A DNA stretch of 64,000 bases, from positions 416,001-480,000 of the forward strand of contig CAWJWJ010000001.1 in NCBI GenBank assembly GCA_963846575.1, read 5' to 3'. The notes under the pieces are model-generated. The model saw nothing but the letters and a program-made list of their open reading frames with translations, was not told the origin of the DNA and ran no database searches. Source of the stretch: an uncultured Nitrospiraceae bacterium. GTDB taxonomy: Bacteria; Nitrospirota; Nitrospiria; Nitrospirales; Nitrospiraceae. This document shows, piece by piece, positions 7,722 through 16,824 of this stretch. Each line of letters starts with the position of its first letter. Position 1 is the stretch's first letter. The position numbers and the translations under genes are program-made.

Positions 7722-8813
7722 TTATGATCGAAAACAGTCTCCGAAACGATTGTCCAGCACATCGTGCAGTGAAAACTTTTCCTGTGTCACGAAGCCGTGG
7801 TAATTGTCGGGTTTGGCGAGTACAAGATCAACCACGCAACAGAGAGACGAAGCCGTCGTTACCTGGATGGCCGACCAGATTCGTCCCAGAATCGTGCGCG
7901 GATACACCTTCTTCACATAGGTGTCCTCGAATAATTCTCCTTTGCGGGTCCCCGTCACCGCCGCATAGATCAGAACGACATCCTGATGGGTCTGGGGGAT
8001 CGCCCGCTCCAGAATACGTTTGAGCGTGTCTCGATCTTCGTTCAGTTTGAGATCCTTCATGAGAAAGTGGATCTTCTCGCAATGCCCCGGATATCGCAGC
8101 GTTTTATAGTTCATGGACTGGACCCGCCCCCGGTAGGTGTCCGCCAAGGTGCCCAGGCCCCCGGAAGTATTGAAAGCCTCGTACAGAAGTCCATCCAGTT
8201 CGATCGTCTCGTAGCCTTCTAATGGTTGCAACTCGACCTCTCGTCCTCCGTCGATTCCGAGACAGACATTTCCGTACTCATTGATCAATCCGTCCGTCGA
8301 CCACGTGAGGGAATACTTCAAAACGTTACTCGGATGAACCGGCAGGGCACCCACCCGCATCTTCACACTCTCCACCGCATCGAATTGCCCGATTAAATCA
8401 TTCGTGACAATGCTAATGAAGCCCGGAGCGAGGCCGCATTGCGGAATAAATGCTCGATCGGAGGCCTCACTGATGGCCCGGACTCGGCCGGTCACTACAA
8501 CGTCTTCCGTCAGATCGAAGTAATGCAAACGATGGCTTCGCGCGATGTCCGCTACAATGGGATTGCAGAAGTAGGGAAGGCAGGAAATGACCGCATCAAA
8601 AGAGTGCGTACTGACGTACTGCGCAAGTAAGTCGGCCTGGCGCACATCCAGCGCACAGGGAATGACCCTCGACAACGACAAATCCTCTACCAGCCGCTTG
8701 GGCGCATCCAGGCTGAGGTCGCCCAAATGAACCAGGTATTGTCCCTCCATCGCAAGCAGCCCGGCGATGAGAGAGCCGATTTTCCCTGCTCCAAGCACCA
8801 AGACCTGAGGCAT
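7722..8813 (-). CDS. saccharopine dehydrogenase family protein (L-lysine 6-dehydrogenase-like)
   Basis: GAGKIG Rossmann motif; HYFDLTEDV, PQCGLAPG, YSLTWSTDGLINEY, EAFNTSGGLGTL, YKTLRYPGH. Confidence 0.88.
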   Translation of the reverse strand: MPQVLVLGAGKIGSLIAGLLAMEGQYLVHLGDLSLDAPKRLVEDLSLSRVIPCALDVRQADLLAQYVSTHSFDAVISCLPYFCNPIVADIARSHRLHYFDLTEDVVVTGRVRAISEASDRAFIPQCGLAPGFISIVTNDLIGQFDAVESVKMRVGALPVHPSNVLKYSLTWSTDGLINEYGNVCLGIDGGREVELQPLEGYETIELDGLLYEAFNTSGGLGTLADTYRGRVQSMNYKTLRYPGHCEKIHFLMKDLKLNEDRDTLKRILERAIPQTHQDVVLIYAAVTGTRKGELFEDTYVKKVYPRTILGRIWSAIQVTTASSLCCVVDLVLAKPDNYHGFVTQEKFSLHDVLDNRFGDCFRS

Positions 8814-8907
8814 CCGTCACCTTACAATGATTATACTCCTTCAGCTCACAGAGACGCTGTCTCGAATTACTCAGGCACAGACGAACGACTCTGTGTGCAC
8901 AGACGTG

Positions 8908-9678
8908 TTACGACGAGACCGGACGAGAGCGGGAGGGCGTAATCAACGGGGCGGAGTTTGACGGCAGGACAGTAGTCGAGGATTGATTGTCCATCGCCTC
9001 AAATATAAGACAACATTTGAGGCGACCGCATACACCAAGGAGTTTCGGGTCTTCAACGGGAAGATTGAGCAAGCGGGCTTGTTTGACCGTGACGGGCTTA
9101 ACCTCCGTGAGAAAGCTGGCACAACACAGTACGAGCCCACAGGTATCTACACCGCCTAATCGACTCGCCTCGTCACGCGGACCCACTTGGCGCATTTCAA
9201 TCCGTCCACCGAACCGGCGCGCCAACAGCCGAACCAGCTCCCTGAAATCGATTCGATCTTCAGCGGTGTACACAAACGTCATCTGCCGGCGGTGAAACGA
9301 GCAGAATACCTCCACCAGTTTCATCTTTAGTCCCAGGGCCGCAGCCTGTTCCCGACAGGCACTCATCCCTTGAGATGCGAGCCGCTCGTACCGATCAATG
9401 GACGCCAGATCCTCCGTGGTCGCCTTCCTGGCGATCGGCTGGATCACTCGCATGGGTGGAATAAACGGCATGAGTTGGGGAACTCCATAGACCACCCCAT
9501 AGCTCAATTCTCCAGAGACATCGAGCAGCACCCGATCCCCCAGAGCGAGGGCGGCTTCTCCCGCATCAAACTTCTTAACCTCCCCCCGGTCACGGATCTT
9601 CACGCCCACCACCCGGAGGGCCGAGGGATAGGTCTTCGCAAGCTCCTGTGCGACTAACCGATCGATCATGGGCGGCAT
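8908..9678 (-). CDS. ricT: PSP1-domain / RicT (YaaT) family Fe-S protein
   Basis: RIDFRELVR...RIEMRQVGPRDEA, CGLVLCC and CGRLKCCL motifs. Confidence 0.85.
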   Translation of the reverse strand: MPPMIDRLVAQELAKTYPSALRVVGVKIRDRGEVKKFDAGEAALALGDRVLLDVSGELSYGVVYGVPQLMPFIPPMRVIQPIARKATTEDLASIDRYERLASQGMSACREQAAALGLKMKLVEVFCSFHRRQMTFVYTAEDRIDFRELVRLLARRFGGRIEMRQVGPRDEASRLGGVDTCGLVLCCASFLTEVKPVTVKQARLLNLPVEDPKLLGVCGRLKCCLIFEAMDNQSSTTVLPSNSAPLITPSRSRPVSS

Positions 9679-9905
9679 ACTACACCATCCGATCTTTGAA
9701 TTGGAATCCTCAGGGCTTCCCGATGAGTAGCGCCCCAGGCATCCGCCAGAGGTGTTTTCTTGTAAGGGACGTCGATCACTGACGTCTTAACAGTTCAATT
9801 ATAAAGGACTTTTTAAAGGGGAAGACAAAATGAGAAATATGATAGGCTACTCGGGGCCAGAAACTCAGCTCAGGTTTCGTTCATTGTCGATAGTATGAGG
9901 GCACG

Positions 9906-10151
9906 GTGCGTATACCAAACAAAGTCATCCTTCCCTTTGGCTACCACATCATGATCCGTCAGCTCACCGATTCCGAGATGGACCGGCAGGATGCGAATGC
10001 CGACGGGATCTGGGACAACGAAGCCAAGACGATCTACATCCGAAAACGACTACCCGTGACACGACGGAGGTATATTCTCGCCCATGAACTGGGTCATGCG
10101 TGGCTTGACTGGCAACACCGCTACCTGGACGATGGAAAAGCTCGTACCTAG
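9906..10151 (+). CDS. minimal ImmA/IrrE-like zinc metallopeptidase (81 aa)
   Basis: TIYI...RRRYILAHELGH (HExxH); GTG start with GAGG RBS. Confidence 0.7.
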   Translation: MRIPNKVILPFGYHIMIRQLTDSEMDRQDANADGIWDNEAKTIYIRKRLPVTRRRYILAHELGHAWLDWQHRYLDDGKART

Positions 10152-10185
10152 TACAGCGTGATCAATCACCCGCATTGACGCCACT

Positions 10186-10698
10186 TTACCGGCGAGTGCT
10201 CTTCACAGGCATCGCCCGGGGAGAAGGGGTTCGATCGAGACGAATAAGCTCCTCCCACTCGGCTTCCCGCACTGGCTGAACCGAAAGGCGGGAGCCCTTT
10301 CGGAGCAACTCCATTCCCTTCAAGACAACCTGGCTTCGCAAACGATCCAATGCCAGTGGCGTGGTGAATTTACGGACAAACCGGATGTCCACGACATCCC
10401 AGCGAGGCTGATCGGGCGTACTCCCGGGATCGTAGTGGATATGCCGCTTGTCGAATTGGGTTGCGTCTGGATACGCGCCTTTCACCACCTCGGCGACCCC
10501 CACCACTGAAGGCGGGCTCGCATTGCTATGATAAAAGAGCACCTGATCACCGACCTTCATTGCCCGGAGGAAATTACGGGCTTGATAATTCCGCACCCCA
10601 TCCCAACAGGTTGTCTGCTTCGGCGCCCGCGCAAGATCGTCAATCGAGAACGCCTCCGGCTCGGATTTCACCAACCAATATTGTCGTCGCTCGGTCAT
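10186..10698 (-). CDS. EVE domain protein
   Basis: YWLVKSEP, WDGVRNYQARNFLR, FYHS, RLSVQPV; RBS CAGGAGG. Confidence 0.92.
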   Translation of the reverse strand: MTERRQYWLVKSEPEAFSIDDLARAPKQTTCWDGVRNYQARNFLRAMKVGDQVLFYHSNASPPSVVGVAEVVKGAYPDATQFDKRHIHYDPGSTPDQPRWDVVDIRFVRKFTTPLALDRLRSQVVLKGMELLRKGSRLSVQPVREAEWEELIRLDRTPSPRAMPVKSTRR

Positions 10699-10778
10699 CA
10701 CTTCCTCCTGAACACTTGGTGCCATGCAGACCGCGGTGTATGCTGGGCGCTCCGGACATCTGTCAATCGGGAGCATGC

Positions 10779-11591
10779 ATGGATCTGACCCCTCTGTGGT
10801 TTGCTGTGTATAAAGCTTCCAAATACGCCTTGTATCCTCTGTCTTGGATTGCCATCGCAGGCCTGTTGACGCTCCTCACCGCATGGCTTCCCGTGACACC
10901 CGGACGGAGCAGCTGGGCCCGACGCTTTGCGTGCTGCACGGTGCTACTTCTCCTGGCCACCGCTACCCCACTCCTGTCCAACATATACATCGCATACCTG
11001 GAAGCCTGGTATCCGCCGTACCAAGCCACGCCTGCCTCTAAGGTCGATGCCATCGTCGTGCTGTCGGGAAGCGTCTTCGCCAAGGGCTCGCTCAGGCCGA
11101 CCGATGAAGCTTCGGAGGCGTCGCGCCAGCGCACAGCCTGTGGGGCCGACTTGTGGGCCCAAGGGCTGGCCCCGAACCTCCTGCTCAGCGGCGGAGTCGC
11201 CAACTTGCGCCGGACCGGTCCGCCGGTATCCCACGAAATGAAACGGTGGGCACGACGTCTCGGTGTTCCAGACTCGGCTATCCTTGTCGAGGACAAGTCA
11301 CGAACCACCTACGAAAACGCCGTTCGAAGCAAAGCTATTCTGGGAGGAGGCCACATCCTGTTGGTAACCGCCGCCTATCATCTGCCCCGGGCGGTAGCTC
11401 TTTTCCAAAAACAGGGATTTCTCGTGACACCAGTTGCCTGCGGGTATGAGGCCCAACACAAGGCTGGGCGAATCTGGGCCGAAAGTACATTCATCGATTT
11501 TCTTCCTACTGCCAAAGCCTTGGCGGTCACGACGGAAGCCATCGACGAGTTAGCCGGAATGTTGGTCTATTGGATCGCCGGAAAGTTATAA
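10779..11591 (+). CDS. YdcF/ElyC (DUF218) family membrane protein
   Basis: Two N-terminal TM helices; DAIVVLSG, LLSGG, EDKSRTTYENA, LVTAAYHLPRA. Confidence 0.88.
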   Translation: MDLTPLWFAVYKASKYALYPLSWIAIAGLLTLLTAWLPVTPGRSSWARRFACCTVLLLLATATPLLSNIYIAYLEAWYPPYQATPASKVDAIVVLSGSVFAKGSLRPTDEASEASRQRTACGADLWAQGLAPNLLLSGGVANLRRTGPPVSHEMKRWARRLGVPDSAILVEDKSRTTYENAVRSKAILGGGHILLVTAAYHLPRAVALFQKQGFLVTPVACGYEAQHKAGRIWAESTFIDFLPTAKALAVTTEAIDELAGMLVYWIAGKL

Positions 11592-11598
11592 CGCTGCC

Positions 11599-12092
11599 TT
11601 AGCGGCTCGACTCTATGCGATAGACTGCTCCACCAGGATCCACCATATACACTTCACCCACCTCGTCTTCTCCAAAGGGGGAAATACGGATTTCCGACCG
11701 CAGCAGTACCTAAGCATCGTGCGGCTGCCCCGCACTCTAGTTCCTCTTCGCAGGACCACATTTACTCCTCCCAGGCATGCCGGCCCACGTCCCCCACCCA
11801 CAAGAAACCAGTTACACGGTCGAATGAAAACCGTCAGGGATTATACAGCCCGAAGGCGCAGACCTCAGGACGTCCGGATACGTCCGGCCTACCCCACCAC
11901 AAAGCGCCCACCGCTGCTATCCCCCCCCATGGGACAGGTAGAGTGGCTACACCAATCCTTCGGTGTTGAACGGTTAAGCGTAAGGGATACCGGGCTGATC
12001 GCTTGATTCGGCTGGCTCCATACCTCTGCTGTGGCGGATGGGACCATCGCCAGGACGGCCAGGATAACCAGAGCCGGGCCACGCGCTCGCAA
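11599..12092 (-). pseudogene. decayed PQQ-dependent glucose/sorbosone dehydrogenase gene
   Basis: Signal peptide, then [45 protein letters not shown] and FGEDEVGEVYMVDPGGAVYRIE in shifting frames; stops, frameshifts and large deletions. Confidence 0.8.
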
Positions 12093-12110
12093 TCCGATCC
12101 CTCGCAGAAA

Positions 12111-12482
12111 TCAGTCTCCCGCGGGATCATTCTCGAGGTACTCGATTACTGAAGCATACGTCAGTTCACGGATGCGCGCTTTTGACGAGTCCGGCGTATC
12201 GAGATTACGTTCTAACCACACGCGTTCCGCAATCTTTGCGCGTCCTTCGTTACACCGACGCCACATCTCATGCAATACCTCGATCGGCAAACCGACTTGC
12301 ACGCCTTCTGATTCAATACGGTCGTCCAGGATGGCCAACAAATCCGCAATGGCGTGATCCGGCTGATAGGGCGGCGCAGAAAAGCCAAACGTCTGCTGGG
12401 CCTGCGACTCCTGGCGAGCCTGCTCGACCAGGTCCTGCATATACTCTTTGAGCAGCCCGATGATGTGACCGGATATGCGCAT
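12111..12482 (-). CDS. hypothetical protein
   Basis: Helical, protein-like ORF filling the gap between genes; start uncertain. Confidence 0.6.
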   Translation of the reverse strand: MRISGHIIGLLKEYMQDLVEQARQESQAQQTFGFSAPPYQPDHAIADLLAILDDRIESEGVQVGLPIEVLHEMWRRCNEGRAKIAERVWLERNLDTPDSSKARIRELTYASVIEYLENDPAGD

Positions 12483-12646
12483 CAGCGACAGAGTAAACGC
12501 AACCTTCTCCCCGGAGCAAGGCATGATTCGAGCACCAATCGGTTGACCGCTGATTCGATGGTTCTCTATGATACCGGCTGCAAGACGTGAGACGAGGCTC
12601 CCCTCACGCAGTAGGCCTCGGACAACCATGGAAGTAGGCGGCCCCG

Positions 12647-13441
12647 ATGAGCGATCAGACCGTCATTGAACATTTTGAGATCTCTCTTCACACGCCCAGC
12701 GGCGAGGTGACAACGGCTGTCGGTGTCCCGACGAGCTTTGTGCCGATCACCGCCATCGTTCCTCTTATGCGTAGCCTCGGTGAAGAAGCCCAGGCGCTGG
12801 AGCAACGTCGGTTGCTCGAAGCCGGCCAGACAGTCTCCTGTCAAAAGGGCTGCGCGGCCTGTTGTCGAATGCTCGTCCCGATTTCGGTGCCCGAGGCCTT
12901 TGCCCTGGCACAGACGATCGAGCGACTTGACCAAACCGAACGGCATCGCCTATTAGGACAGCTGGACCTGGCCAGCCAGCGACTGGCCAAGGCCGGCCTG
13001 CTCAAGCACCTGAACTCCGTCGCCGAATCTCTCGATCCGGTTACGGATGAGGCCATCGAACCCCTGAACCGGGCCTACTATGCACTCCGCATGCCCTGCC
13101 CCTTTCTGAGCAATGAAGTATGCAGTATTTACGAGGATCGCCCTGCGGCCTGTCGTGAGCTTGCCGTGACCTCCCCCGCCACAGCTTGCCAAAACATGAC
13201 GAATGAGGCCATCCGGCCCGTTCCTGTCGCCGTCCGGATCAGTACCGCTTTGAGCCTGCTCTGGGCCGAGTTAACAGGGACTGTGCCACGCCTCATCCCG
13301 CTTCCGCTGGCCTTCGACTGGGCACTGAGACACAAGGCCGAGCAGGCAGGACGGTGGGCCGGCACGGAGCTACTGGAGAAAGCCCTGGATAAAGTCTGGC
13401 GATATCTCAGTCAGGAAAAAGCCCGCCGCAGCAGCGCCTAA
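12647..13441 (+). CDS. YkgJ family cysteine-cluster protein
   Basis: CQKGCAACC, CPFL, CSIYEDRPAACR. Confidence 0.88.
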   Translation: MSDQTVIEHFEISLHTPSGEVTTAVGVPTSFVPITAIVPLMRSLGEEAQALEQRRLLEAGQTVSCQKGCAACCRMLVPISVPEAFALAQTIERLDQTERHRLLGQLDLASQRLAKAGLLKHLNSVAESLDPVTDEAIEPLNRAYYALRMPCPFLSNEVCSIYEDRPAACRELAVTSPATACQNMTNEAIRPVPVAVRISTALSLLWAELTGTVPRLIPLPLAFDWALRHKAEQAGRWAGTELLEKALDKVWRYLSQEKARRSSA

Positions 13442-13475
13442 AAAGGCCGTTCAGCACTTTCCAAAAGGAGACTTC

Positions 13476-14093
13476 ATGCAGAACCCTGTCATCGTGTGCC
13501 TGGACCTTGAGGGTGTGCTCGTACCCGAGATCTGGGTCAATTTTGCCATCAAAACCGGCATCGAAGAACTCAAAGTGACGACCAGAGAAATGCCCGACTA
13601 CGACGCGCTGATGACCAGGCGGCTGAAGATTCTCGAGCAGCACGGATTCACCCTCGCTGACATCCAGGCCGTGATCGCCGCCATGGGACCTTTGGACGGC
13701 GCGGCCGATTTTATTGCCTGGCTGCGGGAACGAACGCAGGTCATCATCCTGTCCGATACCTTTTATGAGTTCGCCCTCCCATTGATGCGACAGTTGGGCT
13801 ACCCGACAATTTTTTGTAATCAACTGGAGATCGACCGGAACGGCCGCATCGTCAACTACAAACTCCGGCAACCAAACCAGAAAAAACATGCGGTTGCCGC
13901 GCTGAAGAAACTCAATTTTCGCGTCATGGCTGCCGGCGATGCCTACAATGACACCGCCATGTTGGGAGAGGCCGATGCCGGTTTCTTCTTCTGTCCTCCC
14001 GACCATTTGCCGAAGGAATTTCCTCAGTTTCCGGTGACAAAAACCTATGAGGAGTTGCAGGTGCGCTTCGCAGAGGCAGGAAATCTAGGATAG
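13476..14093 (+). CDS. thrH: phosphoserine phosphatase / homoserine phosphotransferase ThrH
   Basis: HAD motif CLDLEGVLVPEIW, ILSDTFYEF, GDAYNDTAML. Confidence 0.95.
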   Translation: MQNPVIVCLDLEGVLVPEIWVNFAIKTGIEELKVTTREMPDYDALMTRRLKILEQHGFTLADIQAVIAAMGPLDGAADFIAWLRERTQVIILSDTFYEFALPLMRQLGYPTIFCNQLEIDRNGRIVNYKLRQPNQKKHAVAALKKLNFRVMAAGDAYNDTAMLGEADAGFFFCPPDHLPKEFPQFPVTKTYEELQVRFAEAGNLG

Positions 14094-14190
14094 ATTCTAC
14101 TGCTGTGAATCCCCGGTTCTCGGCAGGGACGGGACGGGCAGAGACAACCGCGAGATGAGGTTCGGTGCAGGTTGTAGATAGGCCAGCGGC

Positions 14191-16053
14191 TTAATCGAAC
14201 TGCTGATTCACTACGCTCAGCACTCGTCGGCCATACCGTTCCACCTTCACTTCGCCGATACCCGGAATCTCCAGCAATGCAGAGAGAGTGCTCGGCCTGT
14301 GACCGGCAATGGTGCGCAGCGTCTTGTCGTGAAAAATCACAAAGGGCGCGACTCCTTCCTCCTCAGCCAATTCCAGACGTAACCGGCGTAGACGTTCAAA
14401 AAGCTGCGGGTCTGCAGGGGGCGCAGGCGCAACCGGGATGCCATGCGTACGCTCGCCGGCCCCTGACGACTGCCCGGCAGTTATTGACTGTCCCCCGGTA
14501 GGCGTGAACGGAAGAGAACCGGTCCCCCGCAGGGCCTCCTGCCCCAACCGCGTCACGCCGAGCATGGGATACTCCAAACCCTCGACATGAAGGTGACCCG
14601 ACTCGATCAGGTCTTTGACCAGACGCGTCGTGGCGGGCTTCGACCATGCCCGATAGACACCGTAACTCGGACAGTCTTCCGCTCCACACCCGAGGAGCGC
14701 TTTCGAGCGACTGCCGCGAAGAAGCTCGACGATACGACCCACCCCGAACCGACCCATGCACCAGGAAACCGCCGTTAGGACTGCCCTTGCACAGGCAGCC
14801 TCCTCATTTCGTCCAGGCGCGGTAACCTGAGCGGGCACCGCACAGCGATCACAAAGTCCGCAAGGCCCCAAGACCCGTTCGACCTCATCGCTGAAATATT
14901 CCAGAATGGCGAGCTGGCGGCAACTTGACACGGAGACATAGTCCAGCAGGTCCTGGAGGAGGGTTTTCATGCGGGCTACGCGGTCCGAATTGCCCGGTTC
15001 CTTTGAGGCTTGTTGAATGAAATACTCCTGCGTGGCGAGATCCCGTTCATGGAACAGGAGGACACAGGCAGCCTCGTCTCCGTCACGGCCGGCGCGTCCG
15101 ACCTCTTGATAGTAGGCCTCCAGACTTCCTGGAACATCGAAATGAACCACCAATCTGACGTCCGACTTATCGATGCCCATACCGAAGGCATTCGTCGCTG
15201 CCAGGATTCGCAGGCTCCCCTGACGAAACTCACTATGGACGAGGCGACGTTCTTCATCTGACAGGCCGGCATGGTAGTAGCCGACGGCAGAGTGCGACTG
15301 TCCCAGCACATCAGCCACCTCCTCCACCGCACGACGCGTGGCACAATACACCAGCACACTCCCCCTTTCCTGCTCGCGCACCAGCCGATCCAAGATAGCG
15401 AGTTTTTCCTGGCGGGAGCGGCAGGGCCGAACAGAGAGGGCGAGATTGGGCCGGCGAAAACCGGTGACTAATCGAAGCGGGTCGTGAAGGGATAAGCGTT
15501 CGCACAAATCGCCTTGAACTCGGGCTGTCGCCGTGGCCGTCAACGCGAGGCAAGGCGGGTTACCGAGTTCTTCTCGCAGACGGCCGATTTTCAAGTAGTC
15601 GGGTCTGAAATCGTGCCCCCACTGGGAAATACAATGCGCTTCATCAACGACCAACAGGGAAACCCACAACGACCGAAGGAGGCGAAGAAATCGCTCATGC
15701 TGCATTCGCTCCGGCGCCAGATACAAGAGCTGAAGCCGTCCCAACTTGAGATCCAGGATGACACGGTCCCGCTCCCGTTCGGAGAGACCCGAGTGGAAAG
15801 CCGCCGCCGCGATTTTTCGGCATCGCAAGTCGTTCACCTGGTCCTGCATCAGTGCAATGAGCGGAGAGATCACCAGGGTGACTCCGGGTAAGATCGTCGC
15901 TGGCAATTGATAACAGAGGGACTTTCCTTGTCCGGTGGGCATAACCGCCATGGCATCGCGACGTGACAACACCGCTTCGATGACCTCACGCTGACCGGGC
16001 CGAAACGCTGAGAATCCGAAATATTGTGCGAGTTGACTGTTTAGATCATTCAC
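14191..16053 (-). CDS. recQ: ATP-dependent DNA helicase RecQ
   Basis: MPTGQGKSLCYQ, DEAHCISQWGHDFRP, QEVGRAGRDG, Zn-binding Cys, RQC and HRDC domains; start approximate (GTG 16053). Confidence 0.95.
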   Translation of the reverse strand: MNDLNSQLAQYFGFSAFRPGQREVIEAVLSRRDAMAVMPTGQGKSLCYQLPATILPGVTLVISPLIALMQDQVNDLRCRKIAAAAFHSGLSERERDRVILDLKLGRLQLLYLAPERMQHERFLRLLRSLWVSLLVVDEAHCISQWGHDFRPDYLKIGRLREELGNPPCLALTATATARVQGDLCERLSLHDPLRLVTGFRRPNLALSVRPCRSRQEKLAILDRLVREQERGSVLVYCATRRAVEEVADVLGQSHSAVGYYHAGLSDEERRLVHSEFRQGSLRILAATNAFGMGIDKSDVRLVVHFDVPGSLEAYYQEVGRAGRDGDEAACVLLFHERDLATQEYFIQQASKEPGNSDRVARMKTLLQDLLDYVSVSSCRQLAILEYFSDEVERVLGPCGLCDRCAVPAQVTAPGRNEEAACARAVLTAVSWCMGRFGVGRIVELLRGSRSKALLGCGAEDCPSYGVYRAWSKPATTRLVKDLIESGHLHVEGLEYPMLGVTRLGQEALRGTGSLPFTPTGGQSITAGQSSGAGERTHGIPVAPAPPADPQLFERLRRLRLELAEEEGVAPFVIFHDKTLRTIAGHRPSTLSALLEIPGIGEVKVERYGRRVLSVVNQQFD

Positions 16054-16186
16054 GTTGAGCAGGGCGACACGAAGTTCATGATGAGGAAGGGAGCGGGGTG
16101 AGTATAAGACGGCGGCCAGACTCCGGGCAAGTTGACGCGCGCAAGCCGACCGTGGCTGACCTATGCTGGTCACCGTAGACAGCATC

Positions 16187-16228
16187 AAGAAAAAAGAAAC
16201 CCCGCCAGGGATCACCCGGCGGGGCTTC
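16187..16228 (-). terminator. rho-independent terminator of the porin operon
   Basis: Minus strand GAAGCCCCGCCGGG-TGAT-CCCTGGCGGGGTTTC followed by a T-tract. Confidence 0.85.
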
Positions 16229-16283
16229 ACATTTCGAGACCGGCAAGGATCGCCGTTAGGTCTCGAGATTTCTGTCACTTCCG

Positions 16284-16712
16284 CTACGGAGCGGTATAAC
16301 TGCCGTACTTCGGGACCGTGTCGCAGCCGGGACCTTGATCCTGATTCCCGATGCACAGATGACGCAGGGCGCCCTGCGCCGACAGACGAGCTTCCTTGTG
16401 CAAGCGAGCTTTGCCGTATTCTACGGCCATTTTCAGCTGACGCAGGGATCCAGCGCTGGCGTTGCCGGATTGCGCTTTGCTGAGTCCATCTTGCAGCTTG
16501 GCAGTCGCGCTGTCGATAACAGTCCGGTCGGATCCCCATCGTTTCGTGAGGTCCACCGTGGTCCGCTTGCCGAGGCCCGGCGGATCCGTCAATTCCACGA
16601 TGGCATCGTTTACCGCCTGAATAGCATCCGCGACCTGAGCCTGCGCGATGATCGGCGTGCTGCCGATTGCCATCGCGGCTATGCTCAGCGTTACGAACAT
16701 GAGTTTTTTCAT
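16284..16712 (-). CDS. exported helical protein, weakly SmbP-like
   Basis: Sec signal MKKLMFV...AQA; helical-bundle pattern LKMAVEYGKARLHKEARLSAQGALRHL; C-terminal Cys pair; RBS AAAAGGAGA. Confidence 0.75.
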   Translation of the reverse strand: MKKLMFVTLSIAAMAIGSTPIIAQAQVADAIQAVNDAIVELTDPPGLGKRTTVDLTKRWGSDRTVIDSATAKLQDGLSKAQSGNASAGSLRQLKMAVEYGKARLHKEARLSAQGALRHLCIGNQDQGPGCDTVPKYGSYTAP

Positions 16713-16824
16713 TGCGTGTCTCCTTTTCTTGTCATCGTCAGGGAGCGGCATATCGTCGTGGCCATTTCAGGCACCGCGAGCCGCTCTATATCCTGCCGCA
16801 TCCTATGTCACGCTTCACGCACGC

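Noticed and set aside
9906..10698. ImmA-like plus EVE as an anti-phage system
   Set aside because: Genes are convergent, EVE is the common stand-alone type, and no nuclease or effector is present
11834..11836. In-frame TGA as selenocysteine or recoding
   Set aside because: It replaces a conserved Trp in a gene with other stops, frameshifts and deletions
16054..16539. Long N-terminal extension of RecQ in the ORF track
   Set aside because: Runs through the upstream gene and a terminator; start-call artefact (same for the extensions of YdcF, ArnT, thrC, surE and dedA)
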